Shown: positions 36,751 to 46,850, counted from the stretch's first letter. The stretch: DNA of 64,000 nt from Oscillospiraceae bacterium (GCA_015065085.1 SVQW01000002.1:132197-196196), one strand, 5' to 3'. Program-made: numbers and translations. The notes: generated by a model not told the origin, from the letters alone.

Positions 36751-37646
36751 TTTTCTCCTTTATCGGGCACGGCCGCAGTATCCCTATGGGTGATAATCCG
36801 TATTGCCTTATTGAGATTTTTCACTTTGATAATCTTTTCGCCCTCGGCATATTCGCCGTCCAAAGTCCAGTTTATGTTTTCTTGTGTTTCGACGGTAATG
36901 CTGCTTGCACTCATGAATGTTATCATTTTTGTTTTATATTTTTTGGAGCTTAGTGCAATAACGATTTCATTAAGCTCGAAAAGGTCCTTGGGCAGTCTTA
37001 TCAACAAAAGTTCAAACATACCGTCGCTCAAATCCACCGTTTTGGGATCCAGGTTAAGTACACCCCCCACAGAAGTGGAGTTGCAGATAGCGCCGAAAAT
37101 AAAATCATCCTCTATAACAGTGCCGTCCGCCGTAAAGCGCAGATGCTTGCTTTTTAAATTTGCAATATCCTTTATTCCCTCAAACGCATAAGCAAGATAA
37201 CCAAGTGTATTTTTGGCGTTCTGGGGTGTTTTGTAGGAAATCTCGGTGAATGCGCCGAAGGACGCCACATAAGAAAAACTTCTGCCGTTAAAAGAGCCGA
37301 TGTCTATTTCACGGGCAGTACCCTTCATTATATCGTCCGCAGCCTTCATAATGTTTTTTGACAGCTTAAGGCTGTTAGCAAAATCGTTGGTACTGCCGGC
37401 GGGAATATAACCGATTTGTGTATCGGTGCCTGACTTCAGCACTCCTTCAACAACCTCATTGAAGGTACCGTCGCCGCCTATTGCCACCACAAGGTCATAG
37501 CCTTTGGAGTTTTTACTTGCAAATCTCCCGGCGTCCCCCACCGATTCGGTAAGATGCACCGTTGTATTATAGCCGTTTTTGCCGAACAGCACAAGAATAT
37601 CGGTTAAATACTTATTTGCTTTTCTGGTACCGGCACATGGATTCAT
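36747..37646 (-). CDS. diacylglycerol/lipid kinase family protein (YegS/DagK-like)
   Basis: NPCAGTRK and VAIGGDGTFNEVVEG. The N-terminus looks truncated (see the finding on the A7 tract). Confidence 0.85.
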   Translation of the reverse strand: MNPCAGTRKANKYLTDILVLFGKNGYNTTVHLTESVGDAGRFASKNSKGYDLVVAIGGDGTFNEVVEGVLKSGTDTQIGYIPAGSTNDFANSLKLSKNIMKAADDIMKGTAREIDIGSFNGRSFSYVASFGAFTEISYKTPQNAKNTLGYLAYAFEGIKDIANLKSKHLRFTADGTVIEDDFIFGAICNSTSVGGVLNLDPKTVDLSDGMFELLLIRLPKDLFELNEIVIALSSKKYKTKMITFMSASSITVETQENINWTLDGEYAEGEKIIKVKNLNKAIRIITHRDTAAVPDKGEK

Positions 37647-37779
37647 TATGAGTAAAAGATTTTTGTTTTTTTCAAATCATATCACTCCGCTTTTATTTAA
37701 ACAAAACTTTACTGTTTTATTTTTATATTTTGTGTTTTGATAATCCATCCATTGAATATTGTGTACTGCCGCAAATTAT

Positions 37780-38637
37780 TTAAAAGCTCATCATTACAAG
37801 CGAAACCAAACCGAGAATTACGCCCACCGTCTGCCGTCTTGTAAATCTGTCTTTAAAAATCAGCACTCCCGAAAGGGTGGCAAAAACTATTGTTGCTCCC
37901 GTTTGGGCAGGAAAAAGAAAGGTTCCGTCGATATTTGCAATGCCGTATGTATAAATCATCTGATACACCGCAAGAGAAAGCCCTACCGCGGCGGCATATT
38001 TTATCACACCAAATTCGATTTTGAAATTCAGTTTTTCCCTTTTTCTCAAAATGGGAAAAACAAGAATTCCTATAACGGCTGCCCACATATAAAGGCAGGA
38101 AATAAATGCCTGATTTTCATTCCCGATGGGAGATTCGCCAAAGAACTTCTGCACCGATGTGCCCAGCGAGGTTGACAGCATGGCAAACAGAGTAAGCATC
38201 AGCCATTTTCCCCGATTACCCTGCGATTGCTTACCACCGCCATTACAGATTATAAATGACAGTATTGTCAGAATGATTGCAATAAAGCGTATGAGCGAAA
38301 TGGGCTCATCAAAAACAAAATACGAAATAATGACGCACACCACCATACTGAAGTTTACTATCAATACGGTCAAAGACACGTTTCCGATCGACAATGCCTT
38401 GGTGTACAAAAGCTGAAATGCAACCGTACACACCGCACCGGCAAGGGCATACAGCCACACCGTCGGCGAACATCCGAAAACCCGTGGAAGAAAAAGAAGC
38501 GCCGAGAATATGAACACAAAAATATTAAAGCACAGCGCATCGGCTGAGTTTTTTACGTTTTTCTTGCTGAATGCCGTCTGAAAGCTCATTTTTGAACTGG
38601 ACAGTACCCCCAGCAAAATAACAAGTATATATTCCAT
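37780..38637 (-). CDS. EamA/DMT-like membrane transporter
   Basis: About 10 TM segments. Start set at ATG 38637 (MEYILV...) with AAGAGGA RBS. The track start is a GTG upstream. Confidence 0.75.
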   Translation of the reverse strand: MEYILVILLGVLSSSKMSFQTAFSKKNVKNSADALCFNIFVFIFSALLFLPRVFGCSPTVWLYALAGAVCTVAFQLLYTKALSIGNVSLTVLIVNFSMVVCVIISYFVFDEPISLIRFIAIILTILSFIICNGGGKQSQGNRGKWLMLTLFAMLSTSLGTSVQKFFGESPIGNENQAFISCLYMWAAVIGILVFPILRKREKLNFKIEFGVIKYAAAVGLSLAVYQMIYTYGIANIDGTFLFPAQTGATIVFATLSGVLIFKDRFTRRQTVGVILGLVSLVMMSF

Positions 38638-38791
38638 TGGTTTTCCTCTTTTCCGCACACGTTACCGTACAAATCACACTGTCGGGTATATTGCAAATTC
38701 CGTCAGGAATTTATATCGCTGATGAATTCACATAGTGAATTCATCATATAAAGACTGTATAATCCGGATACCGGTGTTTTCATCAGTATAA

Positions 38792-39445
38792 TTATCTGAC
38801 TACCGAAGAATGACTGTAAATGTAGAACTCTTCCTGACTCGGCATCCATTTCTTTTCTTTAGGCATGAATGTTTTATCAAACAACTCTACTGCGGCGGTA
38901 TCTTCACAGCAGTCGGCAGCGGTACTTGGAATATACATCCATTTTCTGCCGTCAAGTGCATTAGGTACAAGTTCACAAACAAGAAGTGCAGTCGGGAAGT
39001 TTCCTTCAACAACAAAACTAATATTTTTCTTTTTGCAACTTACAAACCCTCTGCTAACATAGTTGCCGGGATTTCCGAAATTGATATTGACATCATATCC
39101 CATTTTTCTTGCAACATCAAACGAATGTTCAATAAGCATCTTTCCGAATTTTTGCCTCTGATATTCGGGTGCAACGCAAAGTGGACCGAAAGAAAGGATC
39201 TCTTTTCTTTCACCATTTTCATCTTCAAGCCATGCCTTTGTATACATAATATTACCAATAATCTCGCCATCCATTTCAAGAACAAAGGCAAGTTCAGGAA
39301 TGAAATCGGGGTGATTCCGCATCTCGTGCACAAAATAATGCTCGTCAGCGCCCGGCTTATAAACATTCCAGAAAGCCTCGCGGGTAAGCTCTTCTACTGC
39401 CCTATAATCTTTTTCTTCTTCTAATCGTATAATCGAATTTTTCAT
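38792..39445 (-). CDS. GNAT-family N-acetyltransferase
   Basis: Acetyl-CoA motif YQRQKFGKMLIE. Start moved to ATG 39445 (MKNSIIRLEEE...) with AAAGGAA RBS. The upstream extension is hydrophobic junk. Confidence 0.75.
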   Translation of the reverse strand: MKNSIIRLEEEKDYRAVEELTREAFWNVYKPGADEHYFVHEMRNHPDFIPELAFVLEMDGEIIGNIMYTKAWLEDENGERKEILSFGPLCVAPEYQRQKFGKMLIEHSFDVARKMGYDVNINFGNPGNYVSRGFVSCKKKNISFVVEGNFPTALLVCELVPNALDGRKWMYIPSTAADCCEDTAAVELFDKTFMPKEKKWMPSQEEFYIYSHSSVVR

Positions 39446-39544
39446 TTCGTAATTCCTTTCGCCAAAATTCGACAATCTTACTGTCTTCACACCAAGCCAA
39501 TCCAAAAACACGGCTGACGTGTAAATTATAACACAAAAATGCAA

Positions 39545-39582
39545 AAATAACAATACTCTTATACAAGAATATTGTTATTTTT
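39545..39582. terminator. AT-rich long hairpin terminator after the ABM gene
   Basis: 16-bp stem with one mismatch (39545-39560 / 39565-39580), loop ATAC, flanked by A and T runs. Confidence 0.5.
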
Positions 39583-39591
39583 GAAATGTTA

Positions 39592-39879
39592 TTATTTCAG
39601 TTCAAATTCGCCCAGATTGCTGGTTTCGATATAGTCCTTTTTGATTTCGCGCAGGCGTGCCATGTGGGGCTGTTCTATGTGTGTCTGCTGGTGCTGTTTG
39701 GACTCCCATGCTTCAATGAGAAGTATCTCGTTGGGGTCCTTTTCGGAATAATAGTAATCGTATCGGATGCAACCGTCCTCTTTCCTTACCGCATCAACAA
39801 TATTTTCACTGTGCAGTTTTTCGATAAATGCCTCACGCTTGCCGGGAAAGCTTTTGAAAACAACGTAAATTGTATACAT
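39592..39879 (-). CDS. antibiotic-biosynthesis-monooxygenase (ABM) domain protein
   Basis: 95 aa, ferredoxin-like ABM pattern (YVVFKSFPGKREAF...LLIEAWESKQHQQTH). Confidence 0.8.
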   Translation of the reverse strand: MYTIYVVFKSFPGKREAFIEKLHSENIVDAVRKEDGCIRYDYYYSEKDPNEILLIEAWESKQHQQTHIEQPHMARLREIKKDYIETSNLGEFELK

Positions 39880-39907
39880 TTTTATTTCTCCTTTATGTAA
39901 AATATTT

Positions 39908-41167
39908 TCAACCCAACATTTTTATCACGTATGCCGCAATGGTTTTGGCGTAATCAACCAGCTTATCACACTCGATAAACTCATTGGGCTGGTGAGCACC
40001 GCCGATTTTGTTGAAGTCGCGTCCGATACCGAAGCCGAAAGCACGGTCGCTTCCGTACTTGGAAATAACAGAAAGGTCTGAAAGACAGGAACCGCATACA
40101 AGAGGCTCTTTTCCGGTAGTCTCTCTTGAAGCCTCCAGCATGAGCTTTATATCCTCGCTGTCCGGCTCGCAGTGTACATAGTGGAAGAAGCGTGTGTTTG
40201 GCACAAAGCCGTCACCCACAATGCCCATGGCATCCAGCTTTTTGGAGATAACTTCATGAAGCTGTGCAAATTCCTTATATATCTCATCCTTGGTCTTGTC
40301 GGTGTAGAATACAAAGTATACCTCGCCCATGCCAAGATCCGAACCGCCGTTTCCTGCACGCACACCCATATAACGCATAGCGGTTGAGGGAATAATGGTG
40401 CCTTTATAGTAGCGATTGTTTCCAAGCTCTGTTCTGCGTCTTTGGGCAAAAGCCTCCAGTTCTTCCATTATAACGGGAATGGCAGATGCCGTAAGTCCAG
40501 CGCTGTCCACAGGTTCTTTGGTGTGGAACAGATACTTCATTTCTCCTCCGCCCGAGCCGCAGTGCCAGATAAGATTTTCCTTGCAGTCCATATTTACAAT
40601 ATGCTTGCAAGGATACTTCATAACAGCCGCCATTGCACCGTGCGATCCGCCGTATTCTTCATCGGAATATGCGGCAAACACAAGGTTCTTTTTGGGCTTG
40701 AAGCCCTGCTCCTTGAGTAGCTTTATAATAAAAAGTGCAGTTGCAAGGGCATATTTATCGTCGCATGCACCTCTGCCGAACACCTTTCCGTCCTTTACAA
40801 ATCCCGCAGTGGGCTCAAATTCCCAGTTATTCAAGTCGCCTATTCTGACGGTATCGCTGTGTCCCATCAGCATAAGGTGATCACAGTCCTCCTCGCCTCT
40901 CCAGCGCGCTACGGTATTGTAGCGGTTTTCAAGATTTCTGCCGGGCATGTAGTCGGGGTGTTCGCTGAAGCCCTCAATTTCAAGCGGAGAATACATATCC
41001 GTCTCCATGCCCATTTCAATGCATAAATCGCGTATGTATTCAGCACATTCCTGCTCGTTTCCGTGATCGCCGAAATCTTCGGAATTGATTCTTATAAGCT
41101 TGCACAAAAGCTCAAAAAGCTCTTCCTTCTTACTGTCAATAAGCTGACAGATATTTTTGATTTCCAT
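39908..41167 (-). CDS. M20-family metallopeptidase (ArgE/DapE/CPG2-like)
   Basis: LMLMGHSDTV, GACDDKYALA, YSDEEYGG. Confidence 0.88.
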   Translation of the reverse strand: MEIKNICQLIDSKKEELFELLCKLIRINSEDFGDHGNEQECAEYIRDLCIEMGMETDMYSPLEIEGFSEHPDYMPGRNLENRYNTVARWRGEEDCDHLMLMGHSDTVRIGDLNNWEFEPTAGFVKDGKVFGRGACDDKYALATALFIIKLLKEQGFKPKKNLVFAAYSDEEYGGSHGAMAAVMKYPCKHIVNMDCKENLIWHCGSGGGEMKYLFHTKEPVDSAGLTASAIPVIMEELEAFAQRRRTELGNNRYYKGTIIPSTAMRYMGVRAGNGGSDLGMGEVYFVFYTDKTKDEIYKEFAQLHEVISKKLDAMGIVGDGFVPNTRFFHYVHCEPDSEDIKLMLEASRETTGKEPLVCGSCLSDLSVISKYGSDRAFGFGIGRDFNKIGGAHQPNEFIECDKLVDYAKTIAAYVIKMLG

Positions 41168-41178
41168 ATCAACACTCC

Positions 41179-42108
41179 TTATAATGATTTGAAGCTGAAT
41201 TTAAGATTGGTTTTATATTCCTCAAATGAGCCAAGCGGAATAAACTTATTGTTTTTAACAATATTCTCTCCTCCCAGAGAGGTGGTGCGTGGTTCAAGCC
41301 CCACGGCATACTCACTCTCGCCCAGCATCTTCCACAACAGAAAATCCGGAATAGTTTTTCTGCCGTAGGTGACGTATGCACTTATTTCACCATTTTCAAT
41401 TCCGACCGTAACGATATCATCGGTATACTTAACATCGACACATTCCTCCTGTGCCTTGTGTACCGGCGCTGTTATCTCCGACACCTCGGACGGAACGTTT
41501 ATAATTTTTGCACCGGGACGGACAAGCGGATAACCAAAATTGCAATGATAGCACAATGCGATATTTTCGGTATCAAAGCCCTCGTTGACAACCGTATCCT
41601 CGAGAGTAAATTCATCCGAAAACAGTTTGGTGGAAATTGTTCTTTTTAAAACAAGATTCTCGCCGCCCACGACACTTTCACGCATCTCGCCCGAAATTTT
41701 CATGACATATTCATCTCCCACCCAATCGGCAAAAACACTTACCTTTTGAGCAGCAATATTTGAAATTCTGCCATGCAGACCCAACTCCGGGGTAGGTCTT
41801 CCGATATTCTTGAGACCGCAGGTGGTTACAAGTCCACCGTAAAAACCGCGCATAAAGCTTTTTCCGTCCTTTTCATAATACATGGGCGAGGTTATTCCCG
41901 TCTTGGAAATCCAGCTTACAGCGCTTGTTTTATAAAAAGCCTGGGCAATGTCAAGACATCTGTCGGGCAAAACGGTAAAACGCAGATTGCCTGTGTTCAC
42001 CTCAACAGCATCTACACCCTTTGCCCTGCCGTCGTTGAAGGTAAATCGTCTGATGCCGCCTATCTGCTCCACAGAGCCTATATGTCTCAGCAATTCCTGT
42101 TTGTTCAT
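41179..42108 (-). CDS. aldose-1-epimerase-superfamily protein (DUF4432-like)
   Basis: N-terminal IGGIRRFTFNDGRAKGVDAVEVNTG and LHGRISN, matching the mutarotase-like fold family. Confidence 0.75.
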   Translation of the reverse strand: MNKQELLRHIGSVEQIGGIRRFTFNDGRAKGVDAVEVNTGNLRFTVLPDRCLDIAQAFYKTSAVSWISKTGITSPMYYEKDGKSFMRGFYGGLVTTCGLKNIGRPTPELGLHGRISNIAAQKVSVFADWVGDEYVMKISGEMRESVVGGENLVLKRTISTKLFSDEFTLEDTVVNEGFDTENIALCYHCNFGYPLVRPGAKIINVPSEVSEITAPVHKAQEECVDVKYTDDIVTVGIENGEISAYVTYGRKTIPDFLLWKMLGESEYAVGLEPRTTSLGGENIVKNNKFIPLGSFEEYKTNLKFSFKSL

Positions 42109-42126
42109 GCAGTACTCCTTTTGAAT

Positions 42127-43056
42127 TTAGTGGTTTTCACATCTTTCCGTCAATAACCGCATATCCTGCGGAATAGGGCAGAAAAGCTTGATTTCTTTTT
42201 TCGTTATGGGGTGCAGGAAAACGATACCCGCACAGTGAAGCCGCGTCCTTTCGTTTAACTGCGGTGCGCCGTAAAGGTCGTCACCGTAAATGGGCATGCC
42301 TATATAGCTCATGTGCACGCGCAGCTGATGGGTTCTGCCGGTACGGGGCACAAGATGCACCAGCGACAGCGAGCCGCATGTTTTGTGCACCTCATATTCC
42401 GTCACTGCCTCTTTTCCGTCGGGCGAAACACAGCGTAATATGACGCTTTCCTGCATTCTTTTTATGGGTGCCGATATAATATCCTTGGCAGGACAGGGCA
42501 CTCCGTTCACGACGGCAAAATACTCTTTTTGTATTTTCTGCCGCTTCATATCCTCGTTGAGCAGTTGTGCGGAAAGAGAATTTTTGGCAATCAGCACAAT
42601 GCCCGATGTATCACCGTCCAAGCGAGTTACGGCACGGAACGTAAAATCATGCTCACGGAAATAGTAAGCTATACCGTTGGCAAGCGTATCGTCATAATGT
42701 CTGTGGGACGGATGTGTGGGCATACCACGGGGCTTGTTGACGGCTATAACGTCCTCATCCTCGTAAATTATGTCCAGCGGAATGTTTACGGGCACTATAT
42801 TTTCGGACGGCTCATCGCGAAGAGTTACGATAAGCACATCACCGGTGTTTACGGTTTTATTGACATGCACAGAGTGACCGTTCAAGAGAATTCCGTCCTC
42901 GTGCTTTTTAAGGTCGCGCAGATTCGCGGAAGAGAAGCCGTTGCGACGCAGTATTTCCTTAACGGTTTTACCATCAAGGCTGAAATTTACAGTTATGGTA
43001 AGACTTTTATTCATATCATATAAATTATACAACAATAACAGCTCATTGTCAAGCAT
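42127..43056 (-). CDS. RluA-family pseudouridine synthase (S4 domain + catalytic domain)
   Basis: TRLDGDTSGIVLIAKN (catalytic Asp motif) and RTHQLRVHM. The start is uncertain (ATG 43056 or 43014, neither with a clear RBS). Confidence 0.88.
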   Translation of the reverse strand: MLDNELLLLYNLYDMNKSLTITVNFSLDGKTVKEILRRNGFSSANLRDLKKHEDGILLNGHSVHVNKTVNTGDVLIVTLRDEPSENIVPVNIPLDIIYEDEDVIAVNKPRGMPTHPSHRHYDDTLANGIAYYFREHDFTFRAVTRLDGDTSGIVLIAKNSLSAQLLNEDMKRQKIQKEYFAVVNGVPCPAKDIISAPIKRMQESVILRCVSPDGKEAVTEYEVHKTCGSLSLVHLVPRTGRTHQLRVHMSYIGMPIYGDDLYGAPQLNERTRLHCAGIVFLHPITKKEIKLFCPIPQDMRLLTERCENH

Positions 43057-43163
43057 ATATACAAAAATACGGAAATTTTATTTGCATCGAAAACAAAAAG
43101 AGATATACTCATAAAATAGCATAAAACGTCACAAACATATGTGTTTATGGCACGTGTTTTTTA

Positions 43164-43193
43164 TTGACAGCCTCACGTGATATATGGTATAAT
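43164..43193 (+). promoter_or_regulatory. sigma-A-type promoter for the 822-aa orphan gene
   Basis: TTGACA (43164-43169), 18-nt spacer, TATAAT (43188-43193). The track ORF start (TTG 43164) is actually the -35 box. Confidence 0.5.
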
Positions 43194-43241
43194 TGTGGCA
43201 TAGATCTGCGAAAAACAAGTCACGAAAGGTACTGTATACAT

Positions 43242-45707
43242 ATGGACAAAAAGCTTATTTTGCATGTGGATTGTACAAAGGAATATAATAAGGAGAACTA
43301 TTTTGAAATAGGAACTACGGCAATCACGGGAACTTCGGCAGGCAGATACAGAGAAACCGACGGCGCGCATCTGTCGCGATTCGGATACAGATTCATGCTG
43401 GAGAACAAGGACAAGCCTCATCTTATTGTGGTTAAATATCCGGACGACAAAGAGCGCTTCATGTGCGTGACAAATGATTCGTCATACGACCTTGACAGCG
43501 GAATAACCTGTGGCGGTGTGAATGCCGTAAGCGGTAAAATGCTGGAATCGGAAATTTATTTTTATCCAAGATGGCAAGAAGAAACCGTTGTATTTACTTC
43601 GTGGGGTAAAAATTGTCCTGCGGCAGTATCGGAATTTTCTGTTTATGAAATTGACGGCTTCAACAAAGCCGAGCTTTCGGACGAATGCTACAAAACCGAC
43701 AGACGCTCATTCGGCATCCAGTATGAAGACCCCTGCAATGTAGGCTTGAGCGTCGGAGCAAAAAATTTAAACGAGTTTATTGAGCGACACATAGAATATA
43801 TGAAATTCAGCGGAAGAAGCCATCTTACATATCCCGTCAACTGGTATCACGGTCCCATCGTGCCGGTGGAATGTCAGCCCTCCAGCCGCTTTATTCTTGT
43901 GGGCATGCAGAACAGAAAAAGGTATATAGTTGCACGCAAGAATAATATCGATGATTGGCTGGAATACTGGCTTACACGCTTTGATGAAGAGGGATTTACC
44001 TTCAAGGGCTCCATGACTCTGATGAGACTCGGAAGACTTATGCAGGGAATGAATGCCGATTCGGAAAGTGTAAAAAACGGTGCAGATACATATAATAATG
44101 TGCTGTTCAACGGTGAAATCCAGCAATCGCTCAACGATTGGACCGCAGTATTTAATCCAATTACTTTTGAAAGCTGGTATGACAGCTTTACAAAGGGTAT
44201 CCCCATGTCCTTTGCGTACGGTGAGCAGCGCCCGCAGAAGAACGAGCTTTCCGACAGTGTCCGCGTGCCGATCTTCAATCCGTTGCATCCCGTTGTTCAA
44301 AACCAGGTACTGGAGCTGTTGGAGGAGCTTTGCAAAAAATATGCAAAGCATCCGTCATTTAAGGGGCTTTCCGTAAACATGTGGCACGGCACCATGCTGT
44401 GGTACGGCAACCTGCTTGCAGGATATGATGACGTAAGTACAGGCATGTTTGAAAACGAAACAGGTATTTCGCTTGGAATATCCCCGGACGATCCGAAACG
44501 TTTTGAAAAGCGCCATATAAAGCTTACAATGACGCTGCGTGATGCTTTTATCAACTGGAGATGCAAAAAAATACATGAATTTATCTGCCGCTGCAGAGAC
44601 ACAATATCTGCCGTAAGAAGCGATCTTACACTTACTCTCACCTTGTGGAACGAGACCTCCGCATCCTACGGATATCTGAATACTGTTCCCGGCGCACTGA
44701 CCGGATATGGTGCCAGACGAAGCTTTGACGAGATATACAAAGAAGGCGGTATCGACCTCAGACTTTACGGCAACGAGAAGAATATTGAAATCGCCATTGA
44801 AAAGACCTCAACACGCGATCAGAGTGAAAATGCACTCAGAGGCGAGGAATTTACAAATATGTTTGTCGACACGGCTTTTTTGGATGAAAACATTGCCAAG
44901 GCATTGCAGCACAGCAAAAACTCAACCGCCTTTATTTTCGATTCATGGGTTGAAATGTGGGGCAGAACAGTGCTTGAAGAGCGCCGCGATGATGACACAA
45001 ATATTGCCGCACTGTCACATTTTGAATTCGGAGACACCGATTTTATCGCGCAGGAAAATTCTTACTACGCCGATGATACACAAAACAAATTCTGGTTTGA
45101 CAGTCAGATGAGAATAACCTCGGCATTTCCTTCGGGTCATTATCTTGAGTGGCTTGCCAACGAGATTGCCGTGCATGACGCTCTTGAGGTAACACAGGGC
45201 GGACTCTATATGGATATGGCACATGCAAAGGAACAGCTCAGCTTTGCCGCACAATACCGCAAGCTTCCCAAGTGCAAATTCAAAACACTTGACGGTGAAA
45301 CGGGAATTGTGGTTGTGCGTTATCTCGAGAAAGACGGAAAAACCTATATATACGCGGTAAACCGTGAGCCTTACACCGTGGAAACAGAAATTAAAACAAA
45401 TGGTGCAACATACAAAATGACTCTCGGAAAATTCGAGCTAAAAAGCGAAATTCTCGATGCGGGCCTTATCCCGTACAGTTACACCGTCGAAATCCCGTCA
45501 GGTATAGAAGAATGTTATATATCCGACGTCAAAAAGGCAATAAACAAAATCGAAGAATCGTTTGAAAAAGGATTTTTTGCAGCAGGTGCTGAGGAGCTCA
45601 AGGAAAGAATGTCAAATGCCGTGGTACAACGCAATTTTTCTTTTATACGCCATGCACTTAAAAGCCAGATCATGAACAATGTATATAAGCTTCTGAGCAA
45701 AAAATAA
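43242..45707 (+). CDS. large uncharacterised cytoplasmic protein (822 aa), possibly glycoside-hydrolase-like
   Basis: Long uninterrupted ORF from ATG 43242 (MDKKLILHV...). No signal peptide or TM segment. I see only weak resemblance to GH-like TIM-barrel proteins (HPVVQNQVLELLEELCKKYAKHPSFKGLSVNMW). Confidence 0.75.
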   Translation: MDKKLILHVDCTKEYNKENYFEIGTTAITGTSAGRYRETDGAHLSRFGYRFMLENKDKPHLIVVKYPDDKERFMCVTNDSSYDLDSGITCGGVNAVSGKMLESEIYFYPRWQEETVVFTSWGKNCPAAVSEFSVYEIDGFNKAELSDECYKTDRRSFGIQYEDPCNVGLSVGAKNLNEFIERHIEYMKFSGRSHLTYPVNWYHGPIVPVECQPSSRFILVGMQNRKRYIVARKNNIDDWLEYWLTRFDEEGFTFKGSMTLMRLGRLMQGMNADSESVKNGADTYNNVLFNGEIQQSLNDWTAVFNPITFESWYDSFTKGIPMSFAYGEQRPQKNELSDSVRVPIFNPLHPVVQNQVLELLEELCKKYAKHPSFKGLSVNMWHGTMLWYGNLLAGYDDVSTGMFENETGISLGISPDDPKRFEKRHIKLTMTLRDAFINWRCKKIHEFICRCRDTISAVRSDLTLTLTLWNETSASYGYLNTVPGALTGYGARRSFDEIYKEGGIDLRLYGNEKNIEIAIEKTSTRDQSENALRGEEFTNMFVDTAFLDENIAKALQHSKNSTAFIFDSWVEMWGRTVLEERRDDDTNIAALSHFEFGDTDFIAQENSYYADDTQNKFWFDSQMRITSAFPSGHYLEWLANEIAVHDALEVTQGGLYMDMAHAKEQLSFAAQYRKLPKCKFKTLDGETGIVVVRYLEKDGKTYIYAVNREPYTVETEIKTNGATYKMTLGKFELKSEILDAGLIPYSYTVEIPSGIEECYISDVKKAINKIEESFEKGFFAAGAEELKERMSNAVVQRNFSFIRHALKSQIMNNVYKLLSKK

Positions 45708-45743
45708 AAAAACGGCTGAGTCAATGACTCAGCCGTTTTTTTA
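45704..45743. terminator. bidirectional intrinsic terminator between convergent genes
   Basis: AACGGCTGAGTC / GACTCAGCCGTT inverted repeat (45711-45737), flanked by an A-rich run (AAAATAAAAAA) and T7. Confidence 0.8.
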
Positions 45744-46847
45744 TTTCTGTTCAGCTGTTATCTTTTCAAAATAGTCCATGGCATTATCCCAGTCAAAAGC
45801 TGTCTGGGAATGGTCACCGCTTTTAACATGGTAAGCAATGCGACCTTCGTGGTACACTTTATTAAGCTCTGGCTTTTCGGGAGCAACAAGACCCTTGAGT
45901 CCGTAAAGCTCATATGCACAGCTTGCAAGCTGTGCAGAAAGGAATTCTGCATCGGGGTCTGCCCATTCGTCCTCGATTGAGCTTGTTATGTACAAATATC
46001 TGGGAGCCATAAGTGCACACAGCATGTGCTGGTCTACCGGCAGAAGCTCCTCACAGTCATTATACTCGTGAAACTTGTCGCACAGCCAGTCGCTGATGTT
46101 TATATCCACCGCATGCTCACCTTTTTTGTCTCGCAGAACAGCAGCACCCATACAACCCGAGTTATTTGGTACGGCAAGAAGTATACGTTGGTCGGTAACG
46201 CCTGCCCAAAGAGCCGCCTTGCCGCTTCTGGAGTGGCCGATACTGCATATCTTGGAACAATCAATATCACCGTCGGTTTCAAGATAATCTATAACACGGC
46301 TTGCGCCCCATGCCCAGGCTGAAAGGCTTGCCCAGGAGTGCTTATTTCTGCCCATAGGTGTTTTGACATGTGCAAAAACGCCTTTTTTAAATTCTGCGTG
46401 CCAGGTCCACTCGGGGTATATCTCACGGGTGGGCATAGCCGCAACGGCAAAGCCTCGGTCGGTTATGTCCTTAAGAGGAAGAGTTGCCTCCGACTCATCG
46501 CATCTGTACATATTACCCTTGTCATCATATCTGAAAAACTTTTCCATATTTTCATGCATGACGTAAACAAATACGGGAAGCGGTCCGTTTTGCTTTTTGG
46601 GCAGGTAAAGCTTGAAATTGAAAGCAAAATCGTCAAACCCAACCTTTATGCACTTAACGCGCATGCCGTATTCCTCGATTTCTCCCGTGTTTTCGAAATA
46701 CAGGTTTTCGGGGCGCTCAATGTCTCTTATACCGTAAACATAACGGCAAAACAAATCCATTATTTCGTCTCGGCGGTAGTTTTCCCAGGTTTTTACGTCC
46801 TTTACCTCTACACCGCCCAGTGTCGTAAGTATTTCGGGTAATTTCAT
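45741..46847 (-). CDS. alpha/beta-hydrolase, glucuronoyl-esterase (CE15)-like
   Basis: IGHSRSGKAALWAG matches the G-x-S-R-x-G-K nucleophile motif of bacterial CE15 esterases. No signal peptide. Confidence 0.65.
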   Translation of the reverse strand: MKLPEILTTLGGVEVKDVKTWENYRRDEIMDLFCRYVYGIRDIERPENLYFENTGEIEEYGMRVKCIKVGFDDFAFNFKLYLPKKQNGPLPVFVYVMHENMEKFFRYDDKGNMYRCDESEATLPLKDITDRGFAVAAMPTREIYPEWTWHAEFKKGVFAHVKTPMGRNKHSWASLSAWAWGASRVIDYLETDGDIDCSKICSIGHSRSGKAALWAGVTDQRILLAVPNNSGCMGAAVLRDKKGEHAVDINISDWLCDKFHEYNDCEELLPVDQHMLCALMAPRYLYITSSIEDEWADPDAEFLSAQLASCAYELYGLKGLVAPEKPELNKVYHEGRIAYHVKSGDHSQTAFDWDNAMDYFEKITAEQK

Positions 46848-46850
46848 TTG

